Origin: an uncultured Bacilli bacterium
GTDB taxonomy: Bacteria > Bacillota_I > Bacilli_A > RF39 > UBA660
Direction: 5' to 3'
Length of the DNA: 61,215 nucleotides
Assembly (NCBI GenBank): GCA_947625625.1
Contig: CANQPC010000005.1
Span: 1 to 61,215 of the forward strand
The position numbers and the translations under genes were made by a program. Under the pieces are notes generated by a model, which worked only from the letters and a program-made list of their open reading frames with translations, was not told the origin of the DNA and ran no database searches. Shown here in pieces: positions 30,694-41,653 of this stretch (positions within the stretch are counted from its first letter, which is position 1; every line of letters starts with the position of its first letter).

Positions 30694-32664
30694 TTATAAG
30701 CTGTTTTTAATTTTTATAACTAAATCTTGAATATCATATTCAAAATAGTTTAATACGTCTTCTTCACTACCACTCTTTCCAAACTTCGTTACACCGATAA
30801 AATCTTCCTCCGAAGATATAAGTTTAAACCAGTTTGCATCATTGGAAAGTTCGATTACCATACGACGATATCCTGTCGGAAGAACTTGTTCTTGATAGTC
30901 TTTACTTTGTTTTAAAAAGATATTTAAATTTGGCATCGAAACAACTCTAGCTTCAATATAATTCTTTAGTAGTTCCTCTTTAATTTTGATAGCTAGCGAT
31001 ACTTCACTACCAGTAGCTATTATTATTAAATCGAGTCTCGTTTTAACTTCGCTAATTATATAACCGCCACGAATAACTTTCTTAGCACTAGTGTATTTCA
31101 TCGTCTCTGTTCGGCCACGAGGAAGTACCAAAGCACAAGGTCCTCCTTCTTTTAAAATGTTAGTCCAAGAGCCAATTAACTCCTTATAGTCGCATGGGCG
31201 ATATACTGTAAATTCGGGAATACTGCGGAGCATTCCTAACTGTTCGATAGGCTGATGGGTAGGACCATCTTCACCTACTCTAATACTGTCATGAGTAAAT
31301 ATATAAGTTACGGGAAGATGCATCATGGCCGATAATCTAATCGATGGTTTCATATAATCTGAAAAAGCTAGAAAAGTACTTACGTAAGGTCTTAGATTAG
31401 ATAAAGCAAGTCCATTGGCTATGGCTGCCATTGCATTTTCTCTTACTCCAAAATAAATATTTCTACCAGCATAATTATCTTCTGTCAATTCTTTTTTTCC
31501 TTTGAGATATGTCTTCGTACTACATAACAAGTCGGCACTTCCACCGAGAAAACTTTGAATAAAGGTTCCTATAACATTCATAATTTGATAATTAATATCG
31601 CGCATTGGTTTATCTTCAAAAATTTTACTAGCATCGATGACAGATTCGATATCGAGAGAAATATCTTCATTATCAATAATAAGATTTAGAGAATCTTTTT
31701 CACTATCTGTCGAATTAGCAATATACATTTCATATTCTGAATACCATTCGCGGTAATAATCTTCCGTTCCCTCTTTGATAAATCTTAAAAGATCATTTCG
31801 GCATGTCTCATCATATGTAAAAGGTTTATCTCCCTTTAATGATAGGCGAATATTTTCTAAGTCTTCTTTTTCTAAAGCTCCCGAATGGACTTTATTTGTT
31901 CCCTCGTATTTGGAATATTTACCGATAGTGGTATTTATTTCGATAAGAACGGGACATTTACTCTTTTTAGCTTTATCGATAGCACTGGAAATATCCGCTA
32001 CTGAATCGCCATTTTTAACATAAATTACTTCCCAGCCCATGCTGTCAAAACGTGAGGCAACATCTTCAGTAAAGGATTTATCTCTCGCTCCATCAGCTGT
32101 CACATTATTAGAATCATATAATACAATTAAATTATCTAAGCCGAGTGTTCCCGCTAGAGAGGCCGCTTCGTACGATATTCCTTCCATTAAATCACCATCG
32201 GAGCAAAGGCAATAAATATAGTAATCAAAAAGAGTATTTTTCTTGCGATTGAAAGTAGCTTCGAGATTTTTTTCGGCTATAGCCATTCCTACCGAAGTAG
32301 CAAATCCTTCTCCTAATGGACCTGTCGTCATTTCAATACGATTATTTAAGTTATATTCAGGATGACCGCTTAATGGTGAACCAATCTTTCGAAAATTTTT
32401 TAATTCTTCAATATTATATTCATCTAGGCAATAAAATAAAGTAGCATATAATAAAGCTGAACCATGCCCTGCCGATATAACAAGTCGGTCCCTATTACAC
32501 CATTCTTTTCGTTCTAAATCAAACTTTAAATGATATGTAAATAATGTAAATAATGTTGGAGCGGCTCCAAGGGCAATGCCAGGATGACCGCTGGCAGCAG
32601 AATCAATCATATCGAGAGCTAAAAGTCTAATATCATTAACCATTCTTTTTTCATTTAATTTCAT
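30694..32664 (-). CDS. tkt: Transketolase
   Basis: SGHPG, NRDR..SAGHGS, TTGPLGEG, SDGDLMEG, THDSI.VGEDGPTHQP. Confidence 0.95.
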   Translation of the reverse strand: MKLNEKRMVNDIRLLALDMIDSAASGHPGIALGAAPTLFTLFTYHLKFDLERKEWCNRDRLVISAGHGSALLYATLFYCLDEYNIEELKNFRKIGSPLSGHPEYNLNNRIEMTTGPLGEGFATSVGMAIAEKNLEATFNRKKNTLFDYYIYCLCSDGDLMEGISYEAASLAGTLGLDNLIVLYDSNNVTADGARDKSFTEDVASRFDSMGWEVIYVKNGDSVADISSAIDKAKKSKCPVLIEINTTIGKYSKYEGTNKVHSGALEKEDLENIRLSLKGDKPFTYDETCRNDLLRFIKEGTEDYYREWYSEYEMYIANSTDSEKDSLNLIIDNEDISLDIESVIDASKIFEDKPMRDINYQIMNVIGTFIQSFLGGSADLLCSTKTYLKGKKELTEDNYAGRNIYFGVRENAMAAIANGLALSNLRPYVSTFLAFSDYMKPSIRLSAMMHLPVTYIFTHDSIRVGEDGPTHQPIEQLGMLRSIPEFTVYRPCDYKELIGSWTNILKEGGPCALVLPRGRTETMKYTSAKKVIRGGYIISEVKTRLDLIIIATGSEVSLAIKIKEELLKNYIEARVVSMPNLNIFLKQSKDYQEQVLPTGYRRMVIELSNDANWFKLISSEEDFIGVTKFGKSGSEEDVLNYFEYDIQDLVIKIKNSL

Positions 32665-32794
32665 ATTCCCTACCTACCTTATAATTTAATTATAGCAGAA
32701 AAGATAAGAAATAGAAAGAAAAATTTGCTTGCTGACACTTTTTCCCGAATATTTACTTAACTTTTTTGGATTAATATGCTATAATTATCTAAAC

Positions 32795-32882
32795 GGAGAG
32801 ATGTCCGAGCGGTTTAAGGTGTAGCTCTCGAAAAGCTATGAACTATTTGGTTCCGAGGGTTCGAATCCCTCTCTCTCCGCCA
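32795..32882 (+). tRNA. tRNA-Ser(CGA)
   Basis: GGAGAGA acceptor stem, CT-CGA-AA anticodon loop, long variable arm, GTTCGAATC T-loop, G73-CCA. Confidence 0.95.
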
Positions 32883-32892
32883 ATAAAAAATT

Positions 32893-32927
32893 AATAGACA
32901 AGTATTTACAAGTACTTGTCTATTTTT
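32893..32927. terminator. Bidirectional terminator between tRNA-Ser and the kinase gene
   Basis: AATAGACAAGTA...TACTTGTCTATTTTT. Confidence 0.75.
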
Positions 32928-34714
32928 TCAAATATTTTATCTTTATCAATAGGTTTAAGTATAAAATCATCAAATCCATATTTTAAATATTTATCGTCGT
33001 ATTCATAACTATTATTCTTGGTAAGTAATAATACTGGTGTATTAAAGCTTCTTATCTCCTTTAATTTACTGATGACATCGATACCACTTAATGGTTTCAT
33101 TTCTTCATCTAATAAAATTAAATCATACTTTTCTTTGTTTCTTATTTTATCTAAGCATTCTTTACCAGTCATAACTATATCAAGATTAATATTTGATTCA
33201 TCAAAAATCTTTTTAAATATCTTACAGCTTGCTTCGCTATCGTCGACGATTAGAATATCTTTTTTATCGTAAACTTTTTCATATTTTTTCAAATTTCCTT
33301 CTTCTTCAGAAATTTTTTGGTCGAGGACTATTTTTATCGTCGTTCCTTTTCCAAAAATACTAGTTGGTATAATCGTACCACCAATCAAAGTAATTAGTTT
33401 ACGGGCATTATATAAGTTATCACTTAAATTTGTTCCTTCTCTTTCTTCATCATTCTTACTTACGAAAATACGATTTAGTTCTTCAGATTTAATTCCAGTT
33501 CCAGAATCTTCGACAGCAATAATTAATCTGCATATATCTCTTTTCTTGATAACGTTTACACGAAGTTCAATATAACCTTTTTCAGTATATTTATAAGCAT
33601 TATCAATAATAGTAGTTAAGGCCTTCTTTAGGTTAATACTATCTCCATATAAATATTCAGGAATATCACTGGCAATATTTAGTCTAAAAGCAAGACCTTT
33701 ATTCTCACATTTATTCTTATACATCGAGTATACTTCACGAATAATATTCTTTACACTATATTTTTCATTATATATTTTAATATTACTACTGTCTACTTGT
33801 GAAATATCGAGTATCTCATTAGTCATAGTTGTAAATTTAGCTGTGCTAGCTTTTATCTCTCGAGCAGAATTACTAATATTTTCAATATTTACTTTATTGT
33901 CATCTGTTTCATTTAAAATAAAATCAGCTTCTAAATCTATATCTCTAATAATGCCTCTTATTTCATTAGTCATATTATACAAGAACATCATTTTATCTTC
34001 ATTAGAGCTATCTGATATTTCTTTAGCTTTATGAAGTTCTTCTAATACTTTGGTATCGGGATTTTCAATCGTATGATACATAATAAGTGCGATAAATATT
34101 AAAACTGGATTAATTAAATAATTCAAAGAAGGAACTAGCATTTGGGTAATTAATGTAATAGTTCCTAATAAAATTAATAAATAAACAGGAACATATTTTT
34201 TATTTTTAAGGCTTTTATAATTTAAAATCAAAGAAACTATTTCAACAATAAAGCCAACAGCAAACATCGTATAATTGAACATGACACTAGGTCCTGTTGC
34301 AATAGCTTCACCATTTGGAGTTACACTGACATTAGTTGGTAATATAACAATTACTAATATGCTAATTGTTATAATAATTGTAAATATTTTTTTAAGTTTT
34401 TTTAACTTTTCTTTGTGTTTTAAAGATATATACATAATATAGAATGTAAATATAGCTATCCAAAGAAATAAACTTACAAGATAAAATTTATTAAATAATA
34501 TAACAACAGTTTTGTCAAAAGGAATAATTGGTGTAACGACAAGTCCCAAGATTAAACCACTAAGTGACATAAATAAATTGACGAAAAGAAAGATACTATA
34601 TGTTCTATCTTCTACCTGTCCTAATCTTTTTTTACTCCAAAAAACAATAGATGTCGAAAATAAAACTAAGAATGAGTATATATTGACAATTAAAAAACCT
34701 TGCATATTTTCCAA
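32906..34714 (-). CDS. Membrane hybrid histidine-kinase/receiver protein with degenerate kinase core
   Basis: About 7 TM helices; HisKA-like FLYNMTNEIR, HATPase N/G1 boxes, receiver DD...D...T...KP. Confidence 0.85.
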   Translation of the reverse strand: MENMQGFLIVNIYSFLVLFSTSIVFWSKKRLGQVEDRTYSIFLFVNLFMSLSGLILGLVVTPIIPFDKTVVILFNKFYLVSLFLWIAIFTFYIMYISLKHKEKLKKLKKIFTIIITISILVIVILPTNVSVTPNGEAIATGPSVMFNYTMFAVGFIVEIVSLILNYKSLKNKKYVPVYLLILLGTITLITQMLVPSLNYLINPVLIFIALIMYHTIENPDTKVLEELHKAKEISDSSNEDKMMFLYNMTNEIRGIIRDIDLEADFILNETDDNKVNIENISNSAREIKASTAKFTTMTNEILDISQVDSSNIKIYNEKYSVKNIIREVYSMYKNKCENKGLAFRLNIASDIPEYLYGDSINLKKALTTIIDNAYKYTEKGYIELRVNVIKKRDICRLIIAVEDSGTGIKSEELNRIFVSKNDEEREGTNLSDNLYNARKLITLIGGTIIPTSIFGKGTTIKIVLDQKISEEEGNLKKYEKVYDKKDILIVDDSEASCKIFKKIFDESNINLDIVMTGKECLDKIRNKEKYDLILLDEEMKPLSGIDVISKLKEIRSFNTPVLLLTKNNSYEYDDKYLKYGFDDFILKPIDKDKIFEKIDKYL

Positions 34715-34738
34715 AATATATCACACTCCAACTGAATA

Positions 34739-36772
34739 TTATTTTTTCTTTATTTTAACTTTATTTTTATTAGGATATATTTCTATACCTTTAATTGATA
34801 AATTCGTCTCATCGACATCGACATTTATTTCAGTACCATCAAGTCCTTCATCACGAATAGTATTAAAATCAATTTTACTATTTTTCGTAAGTGGTAGTGA
34901 AGATCTAAAACGAAACTTCGATGGTATTTGTCTTGTCTGCATGTTAGGATTAGCAATAATATTATTATAGACAATATCTTTAACTAACTCCAAAGCTGCT
35001 TCTTCATTTTCTAATATTTTCTCATCCATCGGTACTATATGGCAAATTGGCATATATCCGCGGTAACGTTCATCAAAATAATCGACAACAATGACTTGAT
35101 GAACATTAGGATTTTGAATTATTTCTTTTTCAATTTCATAAGGTTTAACCTTATATCCTTCAATTCTGGCAAATGAACGATCTTTACGTGATTCATGGAA
35201 AAAGACACCATCACGATTCATAGTTACAATGTCACGAGTTCGAATATAAGATTCGTTATCCATATCATAATGTGGAATAATCGTTTCGCCATGTAAAACT
35301 CCGTCAGTAACAGCTTCCGATGATACAACTAATTCACCTGATAATAAGTCCTTACCATCTTCAAATTTAAGAGGTACTAGCTTATCTTCAATGTTTGGAT
35401 CAACAATTGCATATATTGTCTTAGGAAGTGGTATTCCTATCGAACCAGGCACATTATATTCCTTTTGAGCATAGGAACCGCAACCTAAAAATTCACTCAT
35501 ACCGTGACCAGTTGTCAATTCAACTGTACAACCATGAGAACGAAGCCATTTATTTACTCTTTCGATATCTTTTATCGTCATTGCTTCAGCACCATATATT
35601 ATTCTTGTAATACATGACAAATCTTCATTTTGAAGATATTCACAATCAGGAAGCGCCGCTATCCAAGTAGCTGTTCCAATTATAACATTAGGATGATATT
35701 TCTTTAAAAGATAGCCAAATTCACTAATTTTAAATTCTGGTACTGACAAATTATTAGAACCACTCGATAAATTAAATATATAATTATCATAAGCACCAAA
35801 TGGAGCAAATAATGGTAACACACGTAAGCACTTATCTTTAGGATTCCAATTAACCCTACCACCAAATAATTGTTCAATTGTAGATATTCCATTTTTATTC
35901 GTTACTGGAATTGGTTTTGGTTTTGAACCACTGGTTCCTGAAGTATGTCCAATATAGTTTGTCGTATTAATGTCGGTATCTTGAAGATATTTTCTCGTAC
36001 ATAAGCAGTCTCTTTCTAAGTCACTATACTTATATACTTGTAAAATGGAATTACTCATAGCTTCTTGAAGTGCTCTATTTAGTTTTTGCATATTTTGAAT
36101 TTGTTCTAAAGCAGCCTGATACCATTTTAATCTCTTAACATCATCTTTGATATTTTTTTCTATTTGGCTTTGTGCTTGCATATCACGCATATTTTTAATT
36201 GAATTATAATTAATAACATCTTTCAAATAATCAATTTTTCCCTGTAAATTCATAGCATCACTAGCAGAAACAACGATTATTTTATCAATTCCAAGTTCTT
36301 TAAGTTCTTTTTCAATTGGTTTTAACATCCCCAAATAACACTGATCCAAAGCGACAATATATTTAGCCTTTTCACTTTTGATAAGCTCTAATACCTTGTC
36401 AGCATTAGCTCGTGCACTAATATTATCAGGACGTGGATCAACAAAATCAGATATGGCACCTATTTGTGTAGCTCCAAGCCATAAGTAACCTGCTTCGGGA
36501 ATATTTGGCATGAGGCTCATAATTATTTCGCCTTTTTTAATGCCAAGTTCTGAAAGAATAGTAGCTGCTACATCAGCTTTATCAAAAAGTTCATCATAAG
36601 TCGTCTTCTTACCATAGTAAGTTTCTGCGACTAAATTCATTCTCTCTTCATTACGCATTTTTAGATATTCTGTTAAATTTGTCTGTGGTAAACTAGTATA
36701 GACAGCATCTTTGTCATAATATTTCATCCAAGGCTTATCTATATGTGGATACCCTGTTAGTTTATTTTCCAT
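34739..36772 (-). CDS. ANL-superfamily adenylate-forming enzyme (acyl-CoA ligase-like)
   Basis: HTSGTSGSKPK P-loop, GHGMSE, GSIGIP, RTRD, PLTKNSKID. Confidence 0.85.
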   Translation of the reverse strand: MENKLTGYPHIDKPWMKYYDKDAVYTSLPQTNLTEYLKMRNEERMNLVAETYYGKKTTYDELFDKADVAATILSELGIKKGEIIMSLMPNIPEAGYLWLGATQIGAISDFVDPRPDNISARANADKVLELIKSEKAKYIVALDQCYLGMLKPIEKELKELGIDKIIVVSASDAMNLQGKIDYLKDVINYNSIKNMRDMQAQSQIEKNIKDDVKRLKWYQAALEQIQNMQKLNRALQEAMSNSILQVYKYSDLERDCLCTRKYLQDTDINTTNYIGHTSGTSGSKPKPIPVTNKNGISTIEQLFGGRVNWNPKDKCLRVLPLFAPFGAYDNYIFNLSSGSNNLSVPEFKISEFGYLLKKYHPNVIIGTATWIAALPDCEYLQNEDLSCITRIIYGAEAMTIKDIERVNKWLRSHGCTVELTTGHGMSEFLGCGSYAQKEYNVPGSIGIPLPKTIYAIVDPNIEDKLVPLKFEDGKDLLSGELVVSSEAVTDGVLHGETIIPHYDMDNESYIRTRDIVTMNRDGVFFHESRKDRSFARIEGYKVKPYEIEKEIIQNPNVHQVIVVDYFDERYRGYMPICHIVPMDEKILENEEAALELVKDIVYNNIIANPNMQTRQIPSKFRFRSSLPLTKNSKIDFNTIRDEGLDGTEINVDVDETNLSIKGIEIYPNKNKVKIKKK

Positions 36773-36947
36773 AAAACCCTCCTCTTTTAGAAAGTATATA
36801 ACTTTCATTATTTTATAAATTTGATATTGTAATTATATCACTATTTAAGTATACCACTTTTAATTCTTTTTTTAAACATTATTTTACAAAATTCGCCAAA
36901 AAATAAAGCAAAAAAAGCAATACAAAAATATAGTACTGCTTTAAATA

Positions 36948-37196
36948 TTATTCTTCACTTTTTTTTGAAGATTTTGCTTTTTTAGGAGCTTTCTTTTCCT
37001 CAGCTACTTTTACTTCTGTTTTAGTTTCTTTAGAAGTATCTACTCCCTTATAAAAACCACACTTTGGACATGCTCTATGAGGTCTTATTTTAGCACCGCA
37101 ATTAGAACATTCTACTAATCCATTAGCAGTAATTTTATAATGAGTTCTACGCATATCTCTTCTTGTTTTGCTTACTTTTCTAAATGGAACGGCCAT
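36948..37196 (-). CDS. rpmF: 50S ribosomal protein L32 (Zn-ribbon type, Lys/Glu-rich tail)
   Basis: MAVPFRKVSKTRRDMRRTH, CSNC...PHRACPKCG. Confidence 0.96.
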   Translation of the reverse strand: MAVPFRKVSKTRRDMRRTHYKITANGLVECSNCGAKIRPHRACPKCGFYKGVDTSKETKTEVKVAEEKKAPKKAKSSKKSEE

Positions 37197-37201
37197 CTCT
37201 T

Positions 37202-37666
37202 TCACTCCTTCCTTAATAAATCTTCAAGACTACTTAGAGGCTTATTAGAAGTCGTAACTTCATCCTCACTTATTAATCTCCATCCTTCTCCTTCTAATCT
37301 AATATTCTTATTTTTATCATTTATAGCTTGGAGAGGAACTTCCACAAGAATATTTTGCCATAAATCTTCAGTAATATCAAGTGTTTTTTGCAAATTTATC
37401 CTTGTTTCGTCTATTTTTTCTTCAATTTCGCTAGTAAAATTATATTCATAATCTTCCAAAGTTATATCATCGGGAATAATCATCGTTCCTGTAATTTTTC
37501 CTAATAATGTAAAACTTCCATCGACTAACTTTTCCAATGATCCATCAAAACTTATTTTATTTAATCTTCTAATAGAACTATTTTCAAGCATTTGAGAGGG
37601 AATTACTACTTCACCTTCAATATCTATCTTGTTCTTGGTTATAAAATCAAATAAATTAATTATCAT
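37202..37666 (-). CDS. DUF177/YceD (YlbN) protein
   Basis: LDITEDLWQNILVEVP, G.GW; directly upstream of rpmF. Confidence 0.88.
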   Translation of the reverse strand: MIINLFDFITKNKIDIEGEVVIPSQMLENSSIRRLNKISFDGSLEKLVDGSFTLLGKITGTMIIPDDITLEDYEYNFTSEIEEKIDETRINLQKTLDITEDLWQNILVEVPLQAINDKNKNIRLEGEGWRLISEDEVTTSNKPLSSLEDLLRKE

Positions 37667-37779
37667 AATTTCACCTGCCTATTAATTATATAATAATTTT
37701 TAGAAAATAGCAACTACTTTTTATAAGTATAAATTAACTATATGTTTATAATTTAAAAAATTCATATTATATAATTTTA

Positions 37780-38355
37780 TTATTTTATATCATTTCCAAA
37801 TTCTTTTTCAAATTCTTCTTTTAAATCACTTAAAGTATATATACGTCTCATTTGTTCTGGTTTTAAATCACATTTATAACCTGCACCCGTAGCATTTTCA
37901 TTAAGTTCATCTTTGCCTCGATTATGAAGCCTAACACATACTCCATTATGATTAATTATTTGATTCTCAAAATCAATATTTTCTATTTTTATACAATACA
38001 TATATATGTCATTGGGAGCAATTCCTAGAAATAAAACTCCATTATAATCTCCATTCTTCTTTAAGCCTTCATTTTGAAACTTGCCATTTTTATCAAGAGA
38101 AGAAGTCTTAATTTCAAATTTCATCTTGCCAATTTTTAAATCCCAATCTCCTTGATCACCATCCCGGTACTCAATTCTCCGAGGATATAATCTCGATAAA
38201 TTTAGCATATAGAATCTTTCCCCAATACTACCTCTTTTATCTATTTGAATTTTTCTTTGATTTATAAATTTAGCATTTTTCCATTGTTCAGGCATATCTT
38301 CAATTACCATTTCATCTAGTAAACTAACTAAAAAATCATCCAAATTATCTGTCAT
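37780..38355 (-). CDS. Putative type II restriction endonuclease (PD-(D/E)xK)
   Basis: G..GE...WDL...FEIKTS; overlaps the end of a DNA methyltransferase gene. Confidence 0.65.
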   Translation of the reverse strand: MTDNLDDFLVSLLDEMVIEDMPEQWKNAKFINQRKIQIDKRGSIGERFYMLNLSRLYPRRIEYRDGDQGDWDLKIGKMKFEIKTSSLDKNGKFQNEGLKKNGDYNGVLFLGIAPNDIYMYCIKIENIDFENQIINHNGVCVRLHNRGKDELNENATGAGYKCDLKPEQMRRIYTLSDLKEEFEKEFGNDIK

Positions 38356-39403
38356 AATAACCTCCCTCAATAATTTGATTCATAATCAAATCAGTCCGCA
38401 AATTAAGTGCACCATTAGTCGAAATAAAAGCAACCTTTTCCCAATTAACTTTATTATAAAACAAATCTTTCAATTTATCTTGTTCTTTTTTAAATACAAT
38501 GCCATAACCTCTTCTATTAGGTAATTTTTCAAAACTATTATAAGCACGCATTCCTTTAAAGCAGGTTGAAGGTAAATATACGTCACACTTATCGAGCATT
38601 TTTTTATTTCGTGTACTAGATGGTGTTCCACCATCTGACAAACTATACACCTTAGCATAAGTCTCACAAGTTTTTATCTCTTTTATTTTTATATTTTCAG
38701 TATTTACTTTAACCCATACTTGAAATATCGTAGCAACATCAACTAAAGTACCATCAGGATATTGATACGAATTTCTCGGAAGATTTTCCGTATAAGCTAA
38801 TTTATATCCTTTCACCCTCTTCATTGGTACTCCCTTTCCTGTCGAATTAAATAAAGGTGGCAAGATAAAAGCTACTACATCAGCAAAATCATATGAATGA
38901 TTTATAAATCGTAATGCCAAATTGCCTCTTAATCCAAATGGAGGATTACCTATAACTATATATTTCTTATTACAATCTGGAAAAAAGTTTAAATAATCAG
39001 ATTTTTTTAATTCATTTTTTAATTTTCCTTTAGGATCAATGTCGACACCTATTCTTCTTTCTTTGGGAAGCAGTGTATAAAAATTACAACAACCAGCACT
39101 AGGCTCAATATAGATATAATCTTTTTCGTCAATTTTAAGTTCTTTTAATATACTTAACATCTTTTTATAACAATATTTAGCAGTTTCCTTGGTAGTATAA
39201 AATTGATCGTTGTCTCTATATTCCTTTTTATTTTCATATTTATCGCCTAACAAAGCATTTAAATCATTAAAATAGTTTTTCGGAACAGCATTTAATGTTT
39301 TCCATCTTCTGACCGTACCAATATGTAGATTAAGCTTGTCGGCAATGTCACCAATCGTTTTATTTTCTAGTAATTCATTAAACAAATCGATAGTTTCCAT
39401 CAT
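38345..39403 (-). CDS. Amino-DNA methyltransferase with N-terminal HTH
   Basis: DQFYT, EPSAG (motif I), IGNPPFG (motif IV), AFILP; IADKLNLHIGTVRRW HTH. Confidence 0.85.
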   Translation of the reverse strand: MMETIDLFNELLENKTIGDIADKLNLHIGTVRRWKTLNAVPKNYFNDLNALLGDKYENKKEYRDNDQFYTTKETAKYCYKKMLSILKELKIDEKDYIYIEPSAGCCNFYTLLPKERRIGVDIDPKGKLKNELKKSDYLNFFPDCNKKYIVIGNPPFGLRGNLALRFINHSYDFADVVAFILPPLFNSTGKGVPMKRVKGYKLAYTENLPRNSYQYPDGTLVDVATIFQVWVKVNTENIKIKEIKTCETYAKVYSLSDGGTPSSTRNKKMLDKCDVYLPSTCFKGMRAYNSFEKLPNRRGYGIVFKKEQDKLKDLFYNKVNWEKVAFISTNGALNLRTDLIMNQIIEGGYYDR

Positions 39404-39457
39404 ATCACCACAATTTTCATTATATTTTCCTTTAATATCATATACAAATAGTGACGA

Positions 39458-41653
39458 CTATTCATCATCACTATTTTGCTCTCCTTTAACTAATACTTCA
39501 CGTGGTTTAGAACCATTTTGAGGTCCAATAATACCTCTTTCTTCTAGTAAATCGATAATACGAGCTGCCCTATTATAGCCAATACGATATTTTCTTTGAA
39601 TTAAAGATGCAGATATTTTTCCAAATTCCATTGCAAAACTTACAATTTCATTATAAAGTGGATCGTCGTATTCTTCTTTTGACTCGTAGCCATCATCATA
39701 TTTTCCAGCATCTTCTGAGCCGCCACCTCTTTCTTCAGTAAGCGAATTATCATAATTAGCCTTTTGCTGGGATATCGTATAATCGACTATTTTTTGAAGT
39801 TCTTCATCACTTACATATGCACCTTGAATTCTAACTGGAGAATTTTCCCCCATCGGTTTAAAGAGCATATCACCTTTACCAAGTAACTTTTCCGCTCCAG
39901 TTTGGTCGAGAATCGTTCGGGAATCGATCGACGAAGAGACAGCAAAAGATATACGAGAAGGAATATTGGCTTTTACGACACCGGTGATGACGTCAGTAGA
40001 TGGTCTTTGAGTAGCTACAATTAAATGAATTCCTGCTGCTCTTGCCATCTGAGTAATACGCATAATGGAATCTTCGACATCTTTAGCGGCTACTAGCATT
40101 AAGTCAGCTAACTCATCGATGATAAAGACAATATATGGTAGTTTTTGATAATCAGTATTTGTTTCACAAAATTTATTATACGAACCAATGTTTTTACATT
40201 TAGTATCTTCAAAAACTTGATATCTTCTCTCCATTTCGGCGACAATATTCTTAAGAGCTATCGAAGCTTTCTTGGGATCAGTTACAACGGGTGCTAACAA
40301 ATGAGGAACGCCATTATACATCGATAATTCAACCTTTTTAGGATCGACCATGACAAGTTTTACTTCGTCAGGTTTAGTACGCATCAGTATCGAAGAAATA
40401 ATACAATTAATGCAAACTGATTTACCACTACCAGTAGCTCCAGCTACGAGAAGATGGGGAGTAGCATTAATTTCCGCCCATTTGACAGTGCCCATAATAT
40501 CTTTTCCGAGTCCAACGGCGAGAAGTGACTTTTCGCTAGGTTCGGGAAGTTTAGATAATACTTCACGAAATGATACGGGAGAAGTTACTTTATTAGGAAG
40601 TTCGATTCCAATAGTACTCTTTCCAGGAATTGGTGCTTGAATACGAACATCTTTAGCCGCCAAATTAAGAGCAATCTCTTTTTGAATAGATAATAGCTTA
40701 TTAACTTTCGTACCGGCTTTCAATTCTAATTCATACTGTGTAACAGATGGTCCAATATGACATTCTTTAATCTTTCCAGGTATATCAAAATCCGCTAAAA
40801 CTTTTTCGAGGGTAATAATGTTTTGCTTTACTGCCTCGACATTTTCTTTATCGTTACTTCCTTTAGTCTGCTTTAAAAGTGAAAGAGGTGGAAGTTTATA
40901 ATTAACATTAATAACTGGCTTTTCTTCGGCGGCTTCTTCGACAGTAGGACTATCAATCGTTTTAATAGGAATATCTGATTCCGATGGTAAAGCCTCTTTT
41001 TCGCCTACCTTATCGGTATCTTTGGATGACGATAGAATAATTCGCTTGTCATCTTCCTCCTCATCATCCTCTTCATCTTTTTCTTTCTTCTGATGTTTTG
41101 GAAGTTTAATTTTTCGAAGTAAATCCATAATACTTGTATTAAATAGTAAAATAGCTCCAATAATCATAAGCGTTATTATGACAATCGTCGTTCCATTTCT
41201 AAAAAGACTATAAAAAACATAAGTAAATAAAGCTCCAATAATACCACCTCCACTATTGGAAATAGCACTAGGGCTTTTAAAACAAACTAGTAAATTATTA
41301 AATGTTTCGGTTATTATTTTAGTTCCTTCCTGAGAATTTAAAGTTATATATTTCATGTGAAGTAGAACTAAAAAGCCTATCAAAATAACAGCAAAGCCAA
41401 TCCATCTAGGATTTAAAAAGTCGGGTGTCTTTCTCTTTAAAATTAGATATCCACCAAGAATAAGAATAGCTAAGAGTAAAAATATATAAATATTACCCAT
41501 TAAAAAAACAGCAAACGAACGAATAAAATTACCGGCAGGACCATAACCTCCTATTCCAATAATTGCCGCTAAAATGAGAATCATTCCGACAACTTCATTA
41601 CTATATTCAAACTTTTTCTTTTCAGCATCTTTTTTTTGTTTTTTCTTTGCCAT
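39458..41653 (-). CDS. ftsK: DNA translocase FtsK/SpoIIIE
   Basis: N-terminal TMs, PHLLVAGATGSGKS, IDELADLM, ATQRPS, gamma domain QRKYRIGYNRAAR. Confidence 0.96.
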   Translation of the reverse strand: MAKKKQKKDAEKKKFEYSNEVVGMILILAAIIGIGGYGPAGNFIRSFAVFLMGNIYIFLLLAILILGGYLILKRKTPDFLNPRWIGFAVILIGFLVLLHMKYITLNSQEGTKIITETFNNLLVCFKSPSAISNSGGGIIGALFTYVFYSLFRNGTTIVIITLMIIGAILLFNTSIMDLLRKIKLPKHQKKEKDEEDDEEEDDKRIILSSSKDTDKVGEKEALPSESDIPIKTIDSPTVEEAAEEKPVINVNYKLPPLSLLKQTKGSNDKENVEAVKQNIITLEKVLADFDIPGKIKECHIGPSVTQYELELKAGTKVNKLLSIQKEIALNLAAKDVRIQAPIPGKSTIGIELPNKVTSPVSFREVLSKLPEPSEKSLLAVGLGKDIMGTVKWAEINATPHLLVAGATGSGKSVCINCIISSILMRTKPDEVKLVMVDPKKVELSMYNGVPHLLAPVVTDPKKASIALKNIVAEMERRYQVFEDTKCKNIGSYNKFCETNTDYQKLPYIVFIIDELADLMLVAAKDVEDSIMRITQMARAAGIHLIVATQRPSTDVITGVVKANIPSRISFAVSSSIDSRTILDQTGAEKLLGKGDMLFKPMGENSPVRIQGAYVSDEELQKIVDYTISQQKANYDNSLTEERGGGSEDAGKYDDGYESKEEYDDPLYNEIVSFAMEFGKISASLIQRKYRIGYNRAARIIDLLEERGIIGPQNGSKPREVLVKGEQNSDDE

